Positions 61,753 through 64,000 of a stretch of DNA of 64,000 nucleotides are shown here, piece after piece. Made by a program: the position numbers and the translations under genes. Numbering within the stretch: position 1 is the stretch's first letter; every line of letters starts with the position of its first letter. The notes under the pieces are model-generated. The model ran no database searches, was not told the DNA's origin, and worked only from the letters and a program-made list of their open reading frames with translations. The stretch lies in the NCBI RefSeq assembly GCF_947367125.1, contig NZ_CANBCQ010000003.1:8502-72501 (forward strand), given 5' to 3'. The DNA is from an uncultured Lactobacillus sp. (GTDB lineage Bacteria > Bacillota > Bacilli > Lactobacillales > Lactobacillaceae).

Positions 61753-63084
61753 ATGGACAATCACCTTAAACGCAGTATTGGCTTGGGGGCTGCCCTTTCA
61801 ATTATCGTTGGTACAATTATCGGCTCAGGAATCTTCTTTAAACAAGCTTCTGTTCTAGACAGTGCTGGTTCATCCCTAATGGCTTTGTTAGCCTGGATTT
61901 TAGCCGGAATTATTACTTTAACCGCTGGTTTAACTATTGCTGAAATCGGGTCGCAAATGCCTTATACTGGTGGGCTTTATGTTTACATTGAAAAAATATA
62001 CGGTCGCGTTTTAGGCTTTATCGTTGGCTGGATGCAAGCAATTGTCTACGGCCCAGCCATGATCGCTGCAGTAACTGGATTTTTAAGCATTATGGTGACC
62101 AATCTTTTCGGAATTGGCGCAGAGTGGCGTATTCCGATTGGTTTAATCACAATTATTGCCATCGGTGGCTTAAACTTTTTAGAAAATAAAGTTGGCGCTG
62201 CTTTTGCCATGATTACCACCATTGCTAAAATGATTCCAATTTTTGCGATTATCTTTTGCGGCATCTGCTGGGGCGAGCAAAATGCTATCGCACAAACCGT
62301 AACTGAAGTTAACCGTTCAACTGGTGGTTTTGGCGTAGCTGTTTTAGCCGCACTGTTTGCCTATGATGGCTGGATCTTCATCGCTAATCTAGGTGGTGAA
62401 ATGAAAAATCCGCAAAAACTATTACCTAAAGCAATTATTATCGGCATCACTATTGTGTTAGTAATTTATGCCTTAATCACTATCGGTATTTTCAGCTTTA
62501 TTCCTGCTGATAAAATTCACGAATTGGGACAAAATTCAACTACTTACTTGGCTGACGCTATCTTGGGTCCAATCGGCGGCAAAGTTTTATCTGTCGGCAT
62601 TATCATTTCAATGTTAGGTACGCTTAACGGAGAAATGTTAACCTTCCCACGGATTATTTATGCCATGGCTAAGCGTGGCGATTTGCCATTTTCAAGATAT
62701 TTATCATATGTAACGCCTAAGGGTAAAGCTCCCGTGGTAGCAACTATGCTTTTAATCACTTTAACTGGAATCATGATGGTCTTTTTCGATCCTGATTACT
62801 TATCAAACCTTTGCGTTTTCACTATTTATAGTTTCTATGTGCTAGCATTCTTTGGTTTATTTATTTTAAGACGTAAAAATAAAAAAACGTGTCCATTCAG
62901 CGTACCCTTTTATCCAATTATTCCATTAATCGCTATTTCAGGTGGACTCTTTGTTTTAATCAGCCAATTTATAAATGATCCTATTGGAGTTTTGCTCTTT
63001 AGCGGAATTACGGCTATTGGTTGGCCAATCTTTTTCTTAGTTAAAAAGATGAGCAAGGTTCAAACGACAATTATCGAAGACTAA
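61753..63084 (+). CDS. APC-family amino acid permease (SteT-like), copy 1 of a tandem pair
   Basis: GTIIGSGIFFK, AEIGSQMPYTGG, LFAYDGW, GEMKNPQK. Confidence 0.92.
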   Translation: MDNHLKRSIGLGAALSIIVGTIIGSGIFFKQASVLDSAGSSLMALLAWILAGIITLTAGLTIAEIGSQMPYTGGLYVYIEKIYGRVLGFIVGWMQAIVYGPAMIAAVTGFLSIMVTNLFGIGAEWRIPIGLITIIAIGGLNFLENKVGAAFAMITTIAKMIPIFAIIFCGICWGEQNAIAQTVTEVNRSTGGFGVAVLAALFAYDGWIFIANLGGEMKNPQKLLPKAIIIGITIVLVIYALITIGIFSFIPADKIHELGQNSTTYLADAILGPIGGKVLSVGIIISMLGTLNGEMLTFPRIIYAMAKRGDLPFSRYLSYVTPKGKAPVVATMLLITLTGIMMVFFDPDYLSNLCVFTIYSFYVLAFFGLFILRRKNKKTCPFSVPFYPIIPLIAISGGLFVLISQFINDPIGVLLFSGITAIGWPIFFLVKKMSKVQTTIIED

Positions 63085-63100
63085 AAATTTTAAATTTTGC

Positions 63101-63129
63101 TTGTTCATTCTACTTAATTATGATATTCT
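63101..63129 (+). promoter_or_regulatory. Putative sigma-A promoter of the leader/permease copy 2
   Basis: TTGTTC-17 nt-TATTCT with TG extension. Confidence 0.55.
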
Positions 63130-63156
63130 AATTAAAATTAATTAGGAGATTTAATT

Positions 63157-63210
63157 ATGATTTATCTATACACCACTTTAGCATTTTCATCCAACTCAAG
63201 TTCCAACTGA
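63157..63210 (+). CDS. Serine-rich leader peptide MIYLYTTLAFSSNSSSN (17 aa)
   Basis: AGGAG RBS at 63144-63148, ATG 63157, five Ser codons among the last seven sense codons, TGA 63208-63210, embedded in attenuator helices. Confidence 0.8.
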   Translation: MIYLYTTLAFSSNSSSN

Positions 63211-63241
63211 ACTTGAGTGGCTTTGGTGTACATAAATCTAG

Positions 63242-63290
63242 GCCGGATTCACTCAATCATTTTTGATGATGAAGTGGACTCGGCTTTTTT
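63242..63290 (+). terminator. Attenuator terminator upstream of permease copy 2
   Basis: GCCGGATTCACT (63242-63253) pairs with AGTGGACTCGGC (63273-63284), then T6. Confidence 0.85.
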
Positions 63291-63308
63291 GCGTAAAGGA
63301 GAAAAACA

Positions 63309-64000
63309 ATGGATAACAAACTCAAACGCAATATTGGTTTTGGCTCAGCCCTTTCAATCGTAATTGGGACCATTATTGGTTCGGGCATCTTTTTCAAGCA
63401 AGCTTCGGTCTTAGACAGCGCCGGTTCTACCACAATGGCGCTCTTAGCCTGGATTTTTGGTGGCTTAATTACTTTAGCGGCTGGTCTAACTATCGCCGAA
63501 ATCGGTGCCCAGATGCCTTATACTGGTGGACTTTATGTTTATATTGAAAATCTTTACGGCCGCATTTTAGGTTTTATGGCTGGCTGGATGCAAATTATTG
63601 TCTACGGACCTGCAATTATTGCTGCAGTGGCCGGTTTCATGAGTATCATGATGACTAATTTTTTTGAACTAAATAGTGCATGGCGCATTCCGCTTGCCTT
63701 AATCACAGTCTTAGTAATTGGAATCATGAACTTCTTTGAAAATAAAGTCGGTGCAGCCTTTTCAGTCATTACCACAATTGCCAAGATGATCCCCATTGCA
63801 GCAATTATTATTTGCGGCATTTGCTGGGGACAACAAGATGCCTTGGGGCAAACTGTAACGGAACTTACTCATCATACTGGTAATTTTGGCGTAGCTGTTT
63901 TAGCAACTTTATTTGGTTACGACGGTTGGATTTTAATCGCTAACTTAGGTGGCGAAATGAAAAATCCTCAAAAATTATTGCCTAAAGCTATCGTTGCAGG
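63309..64000 (+). CDS. APC-family amino acid permease (SteT-like), copy 2, runs off the window end
   Basis: AAAGGAG RBS; MDNKLKRNIGFGSALSIVIGTIIGSGIFFKQASVLDSAGS...LFGYDGWILIANLGGEMKNPQKLLPKAIVA; open to base 64000. Confidence 0.92.
   Translation, partial: MDNKLKRNIGFGSALSIVIGTIIGSGIFFKQASVLDSAGSTTMALLAWIFGGLITLAAGLTIAEIGAQMPYTGGLYVYIENLYGRILGFMAGWMQIIVYGPAIIAAVAGFMSIMMTNFFELNSAWRIPLALITVLVIGIMNFFENKVGAAFSVITTIAKMIPIAAIIICGICWGQQDALGQTVTELTHHTGNFGVAVLATLFGYDGWILIANLGGEMKNPQKLLPKAIVA

Noticed and set aside
4868-63820. About 50 short (60-140 aa) ORFs in the track lying antisense or off-frame within larger genes (e.g. 4868-5164, 15999-16427, 38983-39255, 46243-46512, 58147-58479, 62046-62264, 63602-63820)
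   Set aside because: Fully overlapped by well-supported CDSs, with no RBS or family motifs; typical shadow frames

Overview
A 64-kb, AT-rich chromosomal segment of a Lactobacillus sensu stricto (acidophilus/helveticus-group-like, inferred from gene content and protein sequences; species not determinable here). Most of it is housekeeping and metabolic: recX, rlmD, the upper mevalonate operon, galU, map, wecB, hpt, an alpha-glucoside-type PTS cluster, xfp, rihC, kup, rpiA/rbsK, a glnQHMP-type ABC transporter, udk, a MarR-controlled heterodimeric ABC exporter and mmuM. It also has one tRNA-Arg(CCU), two T-boxes (Asn, Met) and a TPP riboswitch. Gene decay is visible: a frameshifted GH25-like gene, a three-piece MFS pseudogene, a DUF2075-like pseudogene and a probable decayed Fst-like type I toxin-antitoxin locus. 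The 55.9-61 kb stretch is an accessory patch with two internally deleted IS1182-like elements in inverted orientation, a YSIRK/LPXTG surface protein, a damaged Met T-box and an isolated IS200/IS605 (TnpB) right end. The strongest new candidate is at 63101-63290. It is a complete, trp-style ribosome-mediated transcription attenuator with a serine-rich leader peptide (MIYLYTTLAFSSNSSSN) and mutually exclusive protector, antiterminator and terminator helices, upstream of an APC/SteT-like amino acid permease. No CRISPR array, prophage or integrase was seen.
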